DNA of 35,297 nucleotides from a virus (Duplodnaviria > Caudoviricetes). Positions 1 to 9,900 of the stretch are shown piece by piece; position 1 is the stretch's first letter; every line of letters starts with the position of its first letter. Both the position numbers and the translations under genes were made by a program. Location of the stretch: IMG/VR virus record IMGVR_UViG_3300002092_000110, positions 1-35,297 of that record, one strand, 5' to 3'. Under the pieces are notes generated by a model. It was not told the DNA's origin. It worked only from the letters and a program-made list of their open reading frames with translations, and did not search any database.

Positions 1-17
1 TTAGGTGCGTTAGGCAT
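1..17 (-). CDS. Start of a downstream gene running off the window edge (MPNAP...)
   Basis: ATG at 17..15, 6 nt after a TAAAAT box that includes the helicase stop codon; only 5 codons visible. Confidence 0.45.
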
Positions 18-26
18 CCTCTTATT

Positions 27-1583
27 TTAGACCGAAACTTCAGTTAGAAAAGCCCTAAGTGTACCCGCCGTAAGGTTTACACCACCCTCAGTATTGATGC
101 CTTCACCATCAATAATGGCGTTAGCTATAGCCATCTTCTGCACTAACATAGCATGCTGACGTTCTTCAATAGACCCACCCATTAAGAAATCTTGTATTAC
201 GATTGAGGGCCATGTGCTGGATGCTCTTCTGATTCGTCCATTACGTTGAAGTGCGAGTCCGGCATTCCACGGGAGATCGTAGTTAATAAGTAGATTAGCT
301 TGCGGGAGATCAACACCGTAACCCCCAGCATCAGAGCTAACCAAAATGCGACAGTTCGGATCCGTTTGGAACCAAACTTTAGATTCTTCTTTTTGTTTTG
401 CATCCATCTCTCCAGTGTATTTTGCTGAGGCGTACCCTAAGTGTTCCTGTATTAACCAAACCATATGTACATAGCTTGTAAATATAACAACTTTATTCTC
501 ATCGTTTTGTTCTAAGAATTCGTCTACATATGTTTTAAGAGTAGAAAGCTTGGGATGCTTAGTAAGCTTTTCTAACATCCCGCGTTCCTCTAATTCTCCT
601 ACATAACCTGAGCTGGTAGTAGAATGCTTGAGTAACTCTGGATGATCAGACAGCATACGCAAAGCAGTTAACTTTGACATTACCTTACCTTTAAGGGCAT
701 CCATAACATCATTGGTTTTATCCCCAGCGTAATGAGAAAATAAATCAAACCCGGAACCAAATGAATCAACTGCCTCATCTAAATCATTAAGAAGTTCTCT
801 AGCTATTTGGTTATAAAGTTTAGCACCGGCGATATCAAACTCTACCAAGATAGGTTCAGCAAAAATAGTGTCTGGAAGATAGGGGGCCACATCCGGATCC
901 TGCTGACGTTTGCGTACTGATGCAGTAGCCATTGTCTTGGCTAGAGTAGGAAGATTGCGGTAGCGCTCTACCCCACCAAACTGGTTACGTACGATAAAAG
1001 TCTTATCAAATAGGTCGAAGCGACCGAGTATCTTATTGTCAACAAACTGCATGATACTGTACAGCTCTTCAGGCTTACCATTTTCAATAGGGGTACCTGT
1101 AAGAGCAAATTTAACAGGGCTCTTTAAATCTTTGACATGCCTTGATCGTTTAGATCTGAAGGACTTAATGGCGGTTGCTTCGTCACATACGATGAATCCT
1201 GTAGAGAGTTTTGATACATACTCCCAGTCGTTAACAACTTGCTCGTAGTTGATAATGACATAGTCAACAAGCGAATGCCCCCAGTCAAGGGCGTCTTCGT
1301 ATTGTTTTTCTCTTTGAGCCTTGGTTCCATCAATGACCACAGGGTATGCAGCACCATTTGTAAACTTCCTAATCTGATCTGCCCATTGATATTTAAGGGA
1401 GGACAAACATATAACTATACCAGGTTCTGTGATGGACCCACTGTCTTTTAACTCTTCAATAGCAGCAATAGTCAATACGGTTTTACCCAGGCCAAGGTCG
1501 TAGGCCACAAGCATTTTCTTGCGATCTACCATAGCCTCTACAGCTTCTACTTGATAAGGTAGAAGTGTTCCAGTAAAACTCAT
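27..1583 (-). CDS. SNF2/SF2-family DNA helicase-like ATPase (518 aa)
   Basis: Q-motif LLPYQ, Walker A DLGLGKT, DEAT box, LTGTPIEN motif III, C-terminal SSDAGGYGVDL and QRNGRIRR. Start moved to ATG 1583 (ATGA overlap with the upstream small ORF). Confidence 0.92.
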   Translation of the reverse strand: MSFTGTLLPYQVEAVEAMVDRKKMLVAYDLGLGKTVLTIAAIEELKDSGSITEPGIVICLSSLKYQWADQIRKFTNGAAYPVVIDGTKAQREKQYEDALDWGHSLVDYVIINYEQVVNDWEYVSKLSTGFIVCDEATAIKSFRSKRSRHVKDLKSPVKFALTGTPIENGKPEELYSIMQFVDNKILGRFDLFDKTFIVRNQFGGVERYRNLPTLAKTMATASVRKRQQDPDVAPYLPDTIFAEPILVEFDIAGAKLYNQIARELLNDLDEAVDSFGSGFDLFSHYAGDKTNDVMDALKGKVMSKLTALRMLSDHPELLKHSTTSSGYVGELEERGMLEKLTKHPKLSTLKTYVDEFLEQNDENKVVIFTSYVHMVWLIQEHLGYASAKYTGEMDAKQKEESKVWFQTDPNCRILVSSDAGGYGVDLPQANLLINYDLPWNAGLALQRNGRIRRASSTWPSIVIQDFLMGGSIEERQHAMLVQKMAIANAIIDGEGINTEGGVNLTAGTLRAFLTEVSV

Positions 1584-1714
1584 GCGCCCCTGATTACTAT
1601 GCGATTTCCACATTGGCAGTAGCTATAACTATTTCCTGTAAAAGGACAGGTAATACTTTCTCCATAGGCATGTCCAGACCTACCGCACTTCCATTCTTTA
1701 AATCTTCTAATCAT
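1580..1714 (-). CDS. Small Cys/His zinc-finger-like protein (44 aa), missed by ORF track
   Basis: MIRRFKEWKCGRSGHAYGESITCPFTGNSYSYCQCGNRIVIRGA; fills the gap exactly, with ATGA overlaps at both ends. Confidence 0.8.
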   Translation of the reverse strand: MIRRFKEWKCGRSGHAYGESITCPFTGNSYSYCQCGNRIVIRGA

Positions 1715-2682
1715 ATAAACGCTCTCTCTCCAAATACAGAGTGTTTTGCACCCTCTATACCTATTATAACCTGTTCTGCAGGCATATCGCCAATGTCTTT
1801 ATGCTCACCCTCGTAGTTAAAGAAGAAACATTCAAGCCCTTCTTTACGTGTACGAGCAAGCATGTCACGAGATGCTTTCTCTCCAGCCGGATCAATCTTT
1901 GGATTATCAAATGCAATTATTAACTTATCTGCACGACGCATAAGATCTACTTGATCCTGGCTAATAGATGCGCCAAAAGTTGAGACACCTCCGTCAATTC
2001 CCAATGACGAGAGTTTTACTACGTCTAATGGAGACTCAACAATGATCATAGTGCCACCGCTCCAGACATCTAAACCAAATAAAGTTTTAGACTTCTGTAC
2101 GCCAGTGGGGCGATTACGAAAGTAACGATTGACCTGCCCCTTTTCTTGCCAACCCATAAGCCTATTGTTTTCTGGGTTACGGATTGGTGTGATCCAACCT
2201 TGTTGTTTAGCATCCCATTTAACTGAGTGCTTAATGCAAGCTTCTGCAGTTAAGTCCCTAGCAGATAAAGCCCAATCAGGCGGTACTCCGTCAAAAATCG
2301 CCAGACGTGCCTCACTCATCTCTAGCAACGGTTGTACAGGAATATAAGTATTCTTGGCTTCTTCTAATTGCTTTGCAATAAGTTCAAAGTTAACCTCAAT
2401 GTTTTGACGCAACCAATCTTTGGCAGCATCAAAATCAAGACGACCCCATTGAGTTTCAAACTCATTAATCTCTGCAACAAGCGTAAGTAGAGTGCCACGG
2501 TATCCACAGGAGAAGCAGTGGTGGACACCGGTCTCTACGTTCATTGACCAAGAGGGGCGAGAGTCTGGACGACCGGTACGCTCTAAGTGCATAGGACATA
2601 GGCCAAGCAACTCATCATTGCGTTGGTCTACTTCAATACCTAGTCTTAATAGTACAGACTCTACATCGCCCTCACGATACAT
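1711..2682 (-). CDS. DnaG-type DNA primase (Zn-binding domain + TOPRIM)
   Basis: CPMH...CFSC zinc finger; TOPRIM motifs IVESPLD and AFDNPKIDPAG; KDIGDM. Confidence 0.92.
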   Translation of the reverse strand: MYREGDVESVLLRLGIEVDQRNDELLGLCPMHLERTGRPDSRPSWSMNVETGVHHCFSCGYRGTLLTLVAEINEFETQWGRLDFDAAKDWLRQNIEVNFELIAKQLEEAKNTYIPVQPLLEMSEARLAIFDGVPPDWALSARDLTAEACIKHSVKWDAKQQGWITPIRNPENNRLMGWQEKGQVNRYFRNRPTGVQKSKTLFGLDVWSGGTMIIVESPLDVVKLSSLGIDGGVSTFGASISQDQVDLMRRADKLIIAFDNPKIDPAGEKASRDMLARTRKEGLECFFFNYEGEHKDIGDMPAEQVIIGIEGAKHSVFGERAFI

Positions 2683-2683
2683 A

Positions 2684-2899
2684 TTAATCCTCTTGGTAGT
2701 CTTCTATAGGTCGGTCTTCCATCTTTACGTAATCTTCTGGCATATCAGGCAAGGTTGGCGCTGTAGCTTTAGTTCCACACTCTGCACATTCCATGTCTAA
2801 GAAGTACATTGAAATTTCATAATCTTGGAACATAGCTTTGATATTCCAAAGCATTGAACCACAAGGACAAACGTGTGTAGGTTCTCCACGTACATCCAT
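2684..2899 (-). CDS. Small zinc-ribbon protein
   Basis: CPCGS...CAECG; tightly packed between whiB and primase; start may lie further upstream. Confidence 0.75.
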   Translation of the reverse strand: MDVRGEPTHVCPCGSMLWNIKAMFQDYEISMYFLDMECAECGTKATAPTLPDMPEDYVKMEDRPIEDYQED

Positions 2900-2919
2900 T
2901 GCATGCGTATAGTCTGGCT

Positions 2920-3171
2920 TTAAATCGTTGATGTCTTTAATAATCTTTTCCTTTCCTGCGGTGTTGTTCCTGCCCAGATTCCCTCTAGGTTTGGGATCTG
3001 CATTGCATATTCAAAACATTCTTTTTTTATCCAACAATCTCCACAAATCTTTTTAGCAATCTCAACTGCTTTATGATCTGTGTACTTTTCTGGAAAGAAA
3101 ATATTTGGGTCTTCCCCAACGCACATCTGAGTTCCGTTAAAAGGATTGGATTGGAGTGCCAAAGGCTCCAT
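2920..3171 (-). CDS. whiB: WhiB-family Fe-S transcriptional regulator (83 aa)
   Basis: C...FFP...CxxC-x5-C and GIWAG-T...ER (variant of G[IV]WGG). Probable start ATG 3171 (MEPLAL), overlapping the DnaB 3' end. Confidence 0.92.
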   Translation of the reverse strand: MEPLALQSNPFNGTQMCVGEDPNIFFPEKYTDHKAVEIAKKICGDCWIKKECFEYAMQIPNLEGIWAGTTPQERKRLLKTSTI

Positions 3172-4381
3172 ACTCTTCAAACTTCCCTTCTTCCCAATCC
3201 CAAAGAAGATCGCTAGTTGCTGGACCGGAGTTACGGCTAGCAACAATACGAAGTTCACGAGATGAATCATCTTCCTCATCTTGCTTCTGAAGACCCAAGA
3301 TCACATCTGAGTCTTGAAAGAATGAAGACGAGTAACCAATTGCATCGGCAGATACTTGGCGCTTTTTCATCTTCCAAAGAAGAACCTGAGTAGAAACCAC
3401 AATCGGAATGTTAGCTTTTTGTGCCAATCGCTTTAGGTTACGAGTTATGCTAGTCAAAGCTTGAGGGGTGTTTGATTCACCACTAGCCTCATCAACCATA
3501 AGATAGACACCGTCAACAAATACAATGTCCGGCTTAATCTTTTCAATCTTGGCTGCAAGACCCGTAACAGTCATGGCTGAAGTACTATCGGTTAAATAAA
3601 ACTTTTGCATAGTTTCCATACGCTCTAAAGTTTCTTTGTATCGCCGTTCCTCTTCAAGGTTTAGGGTTCCACGAACAAGACGAGAGTGTGCAACGTGAGC
3701 ACGCATAGCATCATGTCGGTGCTGCTGCTCAATGTTGCTCATTTCAAAAGATTGAAACATAGGTACGTGACCATCTTCGTGTACGTTCACAGCAATCTGC
3801 ATAGCTAGTACAGACTTACCTGTTTTAGGTGGAGCAATAATTGTAATGAGCTGACCGTTTTGCAAACCAGCAGTTGCCTCATCAATAGTTCTAAAACCGG
3901 TACGGTAACCAAGTAGACCGCCATCACGACCCTTGATAGAAAGATATTCTTCAAAACGTTTTTCTGGATCTTTAGTAAGATCTACGTCACTAGATTGAGC
4001 CGAACCTTCATCATAGATAGTTGCTACGCCAGAGCTCATTTCAGCAATAGCCCCGTCGTGGTTACCGGTGGCAATCATCTCGGCAGCGGTTTGAACTACA
4101 TCAATAGCTTTTTGACGTCTGCGATATTCAACAAGCTTATCTACTAAATAGTCAAGAGAGTCATCTACAGCAAGCAAACGATACGTAGGAAAATTATCTT
4201 TAACAGTTACTGCACTTGGAATCTCCTGATAACGAGTCCAGTGGGTACGCAGAAACTTCCAGACAGCACGATTTTCATCTACAAAGAACCAACTATCTTC
4301 TACGCCTTTTTCTAAGGCAGGAATAATTTCCCGAGTTCTGACAACTCTAGAGATTAACCTTTCTTCATTATCTGCTGCCAC
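3137..4381 (-). CDS. dnaB: DnaB-like replicative helicase
   Basis: TGFRTIDEATAGLQ, Walker A APPKTGKS, SFEMS, VFVDGVYLM, LKRLAQ...PIVVSTQ, QDSD, SRNSG. Confidence 0.93.
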   Translation of the reverse strand: MAADNEERLISRVVRTREIIPALEKGVEDSWFFVDENRAVWKFLRTHWTRYQEIPSAVTVKDNFPTYRLLAVDDSLDYLVDKLVEYRRRQKAIDVVQTAAEMIATGNHDGAIAEMSSGVATIYDEGSAQSSDVDLTKDPEKRFEEYLSIKGRDGGLLGYRTGFRTIDEATAGLQNGQLITIIAPPKTGKSVLAMQIAVNVHEDGHVPMFQSFEMSNIEQQHRHDAMRAHVAHSRLVRGTLNLEEERRYKETLERMETMQKFYLTDSTSAMTVTGLAAKIEKIKPDIVFVDGVYLMVDEASGESNTPQALTSITRNLKRLAQKANIPIVVSTQVLLWKMKKRQVSADAIGYSSSFFQDSDVILGLQKQDEEDDSSRELRIVASRNSGPATSDLLWDWEEGKFEEYGAFGTPIQSF

Positions 4382-4784
4382 TAGCCGTCCCCATATCTAA
4401 ATACCAGTGCCCATAACGTAACCCACGTTCGGGTAAATCAATAACATGTTTTAACTCTGGCCTATAAGGTAGCTCCGCAACAAGATCTGCAGGAACTCTA
4501 TAAGCTTTTGCATAGTTGAAAGGATTGGTTCCAAGATTATCCAGGTCTTCTAAAACTTCATCCATATCTTTTTGAGAAAATCCGTACCCTACTAATTCTA
4601 ACTTGTAAGAGTAGGTTTCTGCAAATCGCCAAAATAAAGAGAGCGACTGTCTATTGTATGTAACTTCTTCATCACTAACCGCAACACCAAATACTTTTTT
4701 AAACGTGGGCCTACGATTGAGGATGCAATCCAAGACAACAACAACCCGCATAGGAACGTCATTTGATATATCGCCCCCTTTCAT
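4368..4784 (-). CDS. Hypothetical protein, possibly a degenerate HAD-like fold
   Basis: 138 aa ORF coupled to dnaB; hydrophobic strand followed by Asp (VVVVLDC) but no full DxD motif. Confidence 0.6.
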   Translation of the reverse strand: MKGGDISNDVPMRVVVVLDCILNRRPTFKKVFGVAVSDEEVTYNRQSLSLFWRFAETYSYKLELVGYGFSQKDMDEVLEDLDNLGTNPFNYAKAYRVPADLVAELPYRPELKHVIDLPERGLRYGHWYLDMGTASGSR

Positions 4785-4786
4785 TT

Positions 4787-5086
4787 TTAAATGACTTCGA
4801 TCTTGCCGTATTTCAATAAAAAATCCCTAAATAAAATAGGATCTAAACTTGCTAAAGTTGCCTCTGGTTCTGGAGCCTTGTTAGAAATCTCTACTGGATA
4901 TACTCCAGCATTATTTTTCATACGCTCAGAAACAAAACGAGTATGTTTACACATACTGCGAGTAGTAAATCCTTCACAGGTACAACGTAGTTTTTTATTG
5001 TTTATATTAATCCAAACTTCTTGTGGTCCAGAGTCAGATAAAAATAACTGCGTAACTTGCCATTCGCTCATAGTAATTTCCTTCAT
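4787..5086 (-). CDS. SWIM-type zinc-finger protein
   Basis: CTC-x8-CKH matches the SWIM CxC...CxH pattern; start ATG 5086 (ATGA overlap) or 5071. Confidence 0.75.
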   Translation of the reverse strand: MKEITMSEWQVTQLFLSDSGPQEVWININNKKLRCTCEGFTTRSMCKHTRFVSERMKNNAGVYPVEISNKAPEPEATLASLDPILFRDFLLKYGKIEVI

Positions 5087-5760
5087 CCTCGTCTGTCCCC
5101 CTGTGGTGCTTCTACCTCGATTGGTATAAAGGCTTCCATAGCAAAGCTTCCCATAGGTGAGCCATAAACACTCCCCCAATTCTCAAGAGAGACGTTCGTA
5201 GTCACAATTGTTGGTAGCCCTGCGTTGAATCTTGAACGTAGTAGCGCATCAAAAGTATTTTCTGCCCACCCTGATGCGGTTCTGTACTCCTTGCCAATAT
5301 CATCTAGAACAAAAACTTTTACATTATTCATTCTATCCGAGTCTCCATATATGCTGTCAAGTAAATTTTGAGTAGCCTCGTCTTCGTCCGAAAACTGAGA
5401 TTTTTGTAACCGCAAAAGCTTTGGATAATCCATAAAACCCCCTATGCGGTTTGGAAGACCTCCAGGAGTTCCTAAGACGTCCCCTGAGATACCCCTAATC
5501 AGGCTCTGCAGGGCCGTAGAAGCCATTGTAGTCTTCCCGTGACCTGGATTACCCACCAGCATAATTCCAAGCCCGCAAGAGGGCGTTCCGGCCTTTTGAA
5601 TGATCTCGCCATTTACCACTCTAGCCACCCATTTCTTGACTGCATCAAGAGCGGGTGTGGAATCCAAATCTGAAAACTCTTTACCGATAGTTTTCATTGG
5701 AAGACCAGCCTGTACGATTTGCTTACGAATGCTTGGGGCTTCTTTAGACAAGTCGTACAT
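5083..5760 (-). CDS. DnaC/IstB-like AAA+ ATPase (helicase loader)
   Basis: Walker A GNPGHGKTT, Walker B VFVLDDIGKE, LLRSRF...PTIVTTN; lies between initiator and dnaB. Confidence 0.9.
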   Translation of the reverse strand: MYDLSKEAPSIRKQIVQAGLPMKTIGKEFSDLDSTPALDAVKKWVARVVNGEIIQKAGTPSCGLGIMLVGNPGHGKTTMASTALQSLIRGISGDVLGTPGGLPNRIGGFMDYPKLLRLQKSQFSDEDEATQNLLDSIYGDSDRMNNVKVFVLDDIGKEYRTASGWAENTFDALLRSRFNAGLPTIVTTNVSLENWGSVYGSPMGSFAMEAFIPIEVEAPQGDRRG

Positions 5761-6641
5761 TATTCCCCCTCCAGTAAGCGCATCATCTTTTCTTGATGAG
5801 CTTTAAATTTATCTGTTGAGTAAACAGGTTGCTCTGGCTTCTTAACAATTCCCTGAATCGTTGGGTAGTATGCAAAGAATCTTTGCCATAGTGGTTTACC
5901 AATTCCAGCATCGTTTAGATTACGTGGATCCGCAAAGAACATACGCATAGCCTTTAAGAGCTCATAACGTTGAGTTCCTTCGCCAACTTGCTTATTAATC
6001 CAAGTGGCTAGGTATTTGTTATTGACTTGGCTAGAAGTATTTGGTGCAGCCTTCTCAACTAAATCGTAGAACTCTGCGATCAAATCTGTGGTAGACCAAA
6101 GCTCTTCTGGTGTATTGATTCGATCACGGCTACTGCGCTGGGCTTTAACTGGCTTCTTGTACTTGGCGTTTAGCTTAGCCTGACGATCTTCAACTTTACC
6201 TACAGCACCTACCGCTTCATCTTCTTCTTCTTTCCAAACCACTGCTTCCTCCTTAAGGGGCGCTTGCGCCCCTATAGTTAATAATCCGTTAGGATTATTA
6301 ACTATATTAGCTCTAGTAGATATATCACTAGTACTAGTAGTTATATAGTTGTCTATGTATAGGTGCCCTGAAAACGAGGGCACGGTAGAAAGCAGCTTTT
6401 TAGCCTCTTCTGTAAATTTTAGGCGAGCAATCCACTGCCCATTATTCTGTAAACGGACAGACTTAATGTACTTAAGATCCTTAAGTTCATTGATGGCAGC
6501 CTGAAGCACATCTCGACCCTCCGAGAATTCTTCACTCTTTTTTAAATCGTCAGCAGAAAACACTCGACCCTTTTCAGCAAAGTAATAGAAAAGTGATCTG
6601 GCTCGTAAAGATAATTTTGGGTTAACAATTGGTTTTAGCAT
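5760..6641 (-). CDS. Putative replication initiator (N-terminal winged HTH)
   Basis: N-terminus NPKLSLRARSLF...AAINELKDLKYI is typical of phage replisome organisers; directly upstream of the DnaC-like gene; SD GAGGGAGG; internal AT-rich palindromes. Confidence 0.7.
   Translation of the reverse strand: MLKPIVNPKLSLRARSLFYYFAEKGRVFSADDLKKSEEFSEGRDVLQAAINELKDLKYIKSVRLQNNGQWIARLKFTEEAKKLLSTVPSFSGHLYIDNYITTSTSDISTRANIVNNPNGLLTIGAQAPLKEEAVVWKEEEDEAVGAVGKVEDRQAKLNAKYKKPVKAQRSSRDRINTPEELWSTTDLIAEFYDLVEKAAPNTSSQVNNKYLATWINKQVGEGTQRYELLKAMRMFFADPRNLNDAGIGKPLWQRFFAYYPTIQGIVKKPEQPVYSTDKFKAHQEKMMRLLEGE
6256..6338. repeat. Cluster of perfect inverted repeats, candidate replication origin
   Basis: AGGGGCGC-TT-GCGCCCCT (6256-6273); TATAGTTAATAATCC-GTTA-GGATTATTAACTATA (6273-6306); palindromes GATATATC (6319-6326) and ACTAGTACTAGT (6327-6338). 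Confidence 0.75.
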
Positions 6642-6664
6642 ATAACCCTCCCTCTATATCTATA

Positions 6665-6940
6665 CTACAGTCTATCCACCCTGTTTGGCAAACCGCGATT
6701 TTGACGTGGCGAAATGCCTGTTAATATTTGCTCAGTTGCAAGCGATAGGGTAAGTCCTAAAAACGTAGTTGCTAGTGTGTAGACTAAAATATATAATAGG
6801 CGAGTATTTAAATTAAGGCATGCAAGTAGACTGAGGATCAAAGCTAACAGTCCTCGCCACTTTCTCAGCGGTTTGACTAAACTTTCTACAGCAGTTAAAA
6901 TACATGCTGTAGCTAACCCCGCAATAATTACTATGCCCAT
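6665..6940 (-). CDS. Small membrane protein, holin-like
   Basis: 91 aa with about 3 hydrophobic segments and a basic C-tail; at the end of the tail operon. Confidence 0.55.
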   Translation of the reverse strand: MGIVIIAGLATACILTAVESLVKPLRKWRGLLALILSLLACLNLNTRLLYILVYTLATTFLGLTLSLATEQILTGISPRQNRGLPNRVDRL

Positions 6941-6952
6941 AGATACATTCTA
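6941..6952 (-). promoter_or_regulatory. Candidate -10 box for a leaderless transcript
   Basis: TAGAAT (6952-6947), 6 nt, then ATG 6940; no SD. Confidence 0.45.
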
Positions 6953-9900
6953 TTCTCTAAATACAACTCTGTCAATGTCGAAGGCTTGACCCGAGACATA
7001 GGTTGCTGGACTAAAGGTAATATTAACAATTGCGTAGGCAGCTCCGGTAATAGAACTGACTGGAAATGAGTTTCCCACATATGCCCAACGATCGGTGTGG
7101 GTTATTGAGACGGTTTTAGTTCTAGCAGTTGAAGTAATTACTGAGTTAGATGCCCCTGTAGAATCTTTAGAGTTTGTTGTTTTATTTCCAGTGAGGTTAT
7201 CTTGATAAACAACAATAACATTATCATTAATATCATAGTAGTCTACTTCTAAAGTATAACTACCTAAAGAGTCAGAGTTAACCGGTCTGATTGCAACAGA
7301 GGAGTAATAACCTGCATCAGGAACTATATAAATTTTTCCAGTTTTAATTCCAAAAGGTTTGTTTCCACTAGACCCTGCAGTAGTAACTCGACAATATCCT
7401 TGACCATGAGTTACATTATCGGCTAGTAAAGTTCCACCAGCAATTTTTCTTGCTAAAGTAGAGTTAACCGCTACCCAACCATTTAAATCATTTTCAAAAG
7501 AAGAAGATGAAATTTTTGCACCCGGTAGATCAGCGTAGGTTGCAGAAGCAGATCTTGTATTGATTCCCCAGTTAGCTCCTACAGGCATAAAGTTTCCTAT
7601 AGTTGCATTTAAACGACTAAGTTTTGTATTGTAGTTTGAGAAATAACTACTCTTTCCCCCACCAACACTTTGAACTTTAGCTGCCCAAATAGTTTTACTA
7701 GAAGTTAATGGATTGTTAATAGCAAAAGTTGTAGTTAAAGTAGTGTCTAAATACTGATTTACTACACGACCATACTCACCATGAACACCATCAATATGAA
7801 AATACGTTGATGTAGAGCCTGTAGTATTGGCTACAGAAATTGTAAAAGAAACAGTAGTAGCACCGGCGGCTAATTGAACTACAGTGTGGATTCGTTTCCA
7901 GTCTGCTTTTTCAGATGAAGAAATTGTAAATGTATTTGTACCTAAAGTGTATGTTGCTTGAGCACCACGAACATATGCGGAAATAATAAAGTCTTCTCCA
8001 CCAACTGCTGCTGAAGGAAGGTAGGCAGTTCCAGTTAAAGACCCAGTAGAAGAATAAGTTAACTTTCCAAAGTAAGTGCCATACTTAGGGCCTACGCCAC
8101 CAGTATCAGTTGTAACACGGGTAAGGGTACCGCTACCTGCTGTCCAATCTGTGGTATTTGTTTCAAAGCCAGAGTTACTTACATAGTTATAGACTTCTTT
8201 ATATTCCCATTTACAATCTGCAGGAGCGTAGTATTTTTGGGTTAATGGATTAGTAATTGTTGCTCCACCATCTCCATCAAAGAAAGGATCTACTGTAGAA
8301 GATTCTTCTAAAAGGCCTCCATCTAACCAATAACTGTCTCCAGCCACATTATCTGTAAAGTAAAAACTTACTTTAACTAATGGGTTACCAGCATCTTGAG
8401 AAAATGGTGGGGTAATGCCTGTTCCATAAATTTGAGTAGGTGTAGTAGTAGAAAGAGTAAATGGATCACTATCTATAAAATACTGGGTAGTTGGGTAATA
8501 CTGCCCATCAGTATCCGAAAGAATTGATGACTGTAATTGAGTAGAAGATTGGTTAGAAAATTCTAATCTTACCTTTACTGTTCTAGCAGCCGAACCAAGA
8601 ATATAAGCACTAGCAACAATCTGTTGTCCTGGCTCTATAGCCACCCAATCAGATATATAAGCAGCGGTACCTGTAGCAATAGATGTTAACTTACCTGTTT
8701 TAGTTCCGTGAACAATTGCCGCAGTAGTTACACTGTCTTGACTAAGGTTTCCATTTAAAGCGGTCCAAGAATATAACCCGTATTCCATTTCTGAGTTATA
8801 AAAATAGTTTTCTTTTTCACCAGCAACGTTAATATAAATTTTACGAGCATCTTCATACATAAGACTGTGTGATGCCTCAGCAAATTGAAACATGTCATAA
8901 TAAATAATATTAGATGTTGCAGCTGATGGAGTAACTGTAAGTATAACTTTAGCAAAAGTAGCCCTTAAAGGAGCAAGTTTTCCATTTCTTCCTGAATCAG
9001 AAGCAGTAGTAAATTCAGCAAAATTTGTAGTAGTAGTAAACGTAGGGCTTGCTGAAGTACTTCCTAATGAATTACCAAATTGATCGTACCATGTAATAAC
9101 ACCTGTAATAGTTGTAGCTACTGCAGTATGTCTTGCCCACCCACTAAAAATATAACGTGTACCACCAACAACTGGAACACCATTAAGTTTTACATCTAAA
9201 CCGGTAGAAGGCAAAGACATTGTAATAGGGGTTGTAGCAGCTGTTGTAAGTTTTCCTACACCCACAGATTTTCCTGGATAAGAGGCATCAACAAAAGGAG
9301 TAGGCGCAGAAATTCCAGCAAGAACGTATGTAGTAGTTGCAAGTGTTCCACTAGAAACACCCCAACGCCCTACAGATTCTTCAAAAGAAGAGTCGTTATA
9401 ATCAAGCATTAAATTATGACCTAAAGAGTACCCAGCTCCCCAGTGAGTTAAAGCCGTAGTGTAGATAGTTAAACCGGCTGAGGTTCCTTTGTAGGAATTG
9501 ATAATATTTCCGGTTGAGGAAAGAGAACGATTGTATATATCTCCTAAAGCAGCTTCATAATTAAATCCTAAGCTTGTACTTTTATAGGGTAACAAAGCGC
9601 TAGGAGTATAAATTGGGTTTAAAGAATTTCCTAGTACACTTCCTTCTACTCTTATATAATCATACATAAAAGAAAATACACCAAGGATAGTTACAAAGCT
9701 ATTATCTCCATAATAAGATAAACCTTCACCAATATTATTACTTTGATTAAGCCATGCTTTAGGCAACCAATTACTTATTTTAACTAAAGAATTTTTGTCA
9801 GAAACAAGAAATGTATAAGTAGATCCACAAAATTTCCAACTAGACCCATTAAATAACCAAATAGAATATGATACTTCTAAATCTTGATTGTCTGTAATAA

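Noticed and set aside
27-4381. Inteins or introns in helicases/primase
   Set aside because: Lengths are normal, motifs are contiguous and no splice-junction signatures were seen
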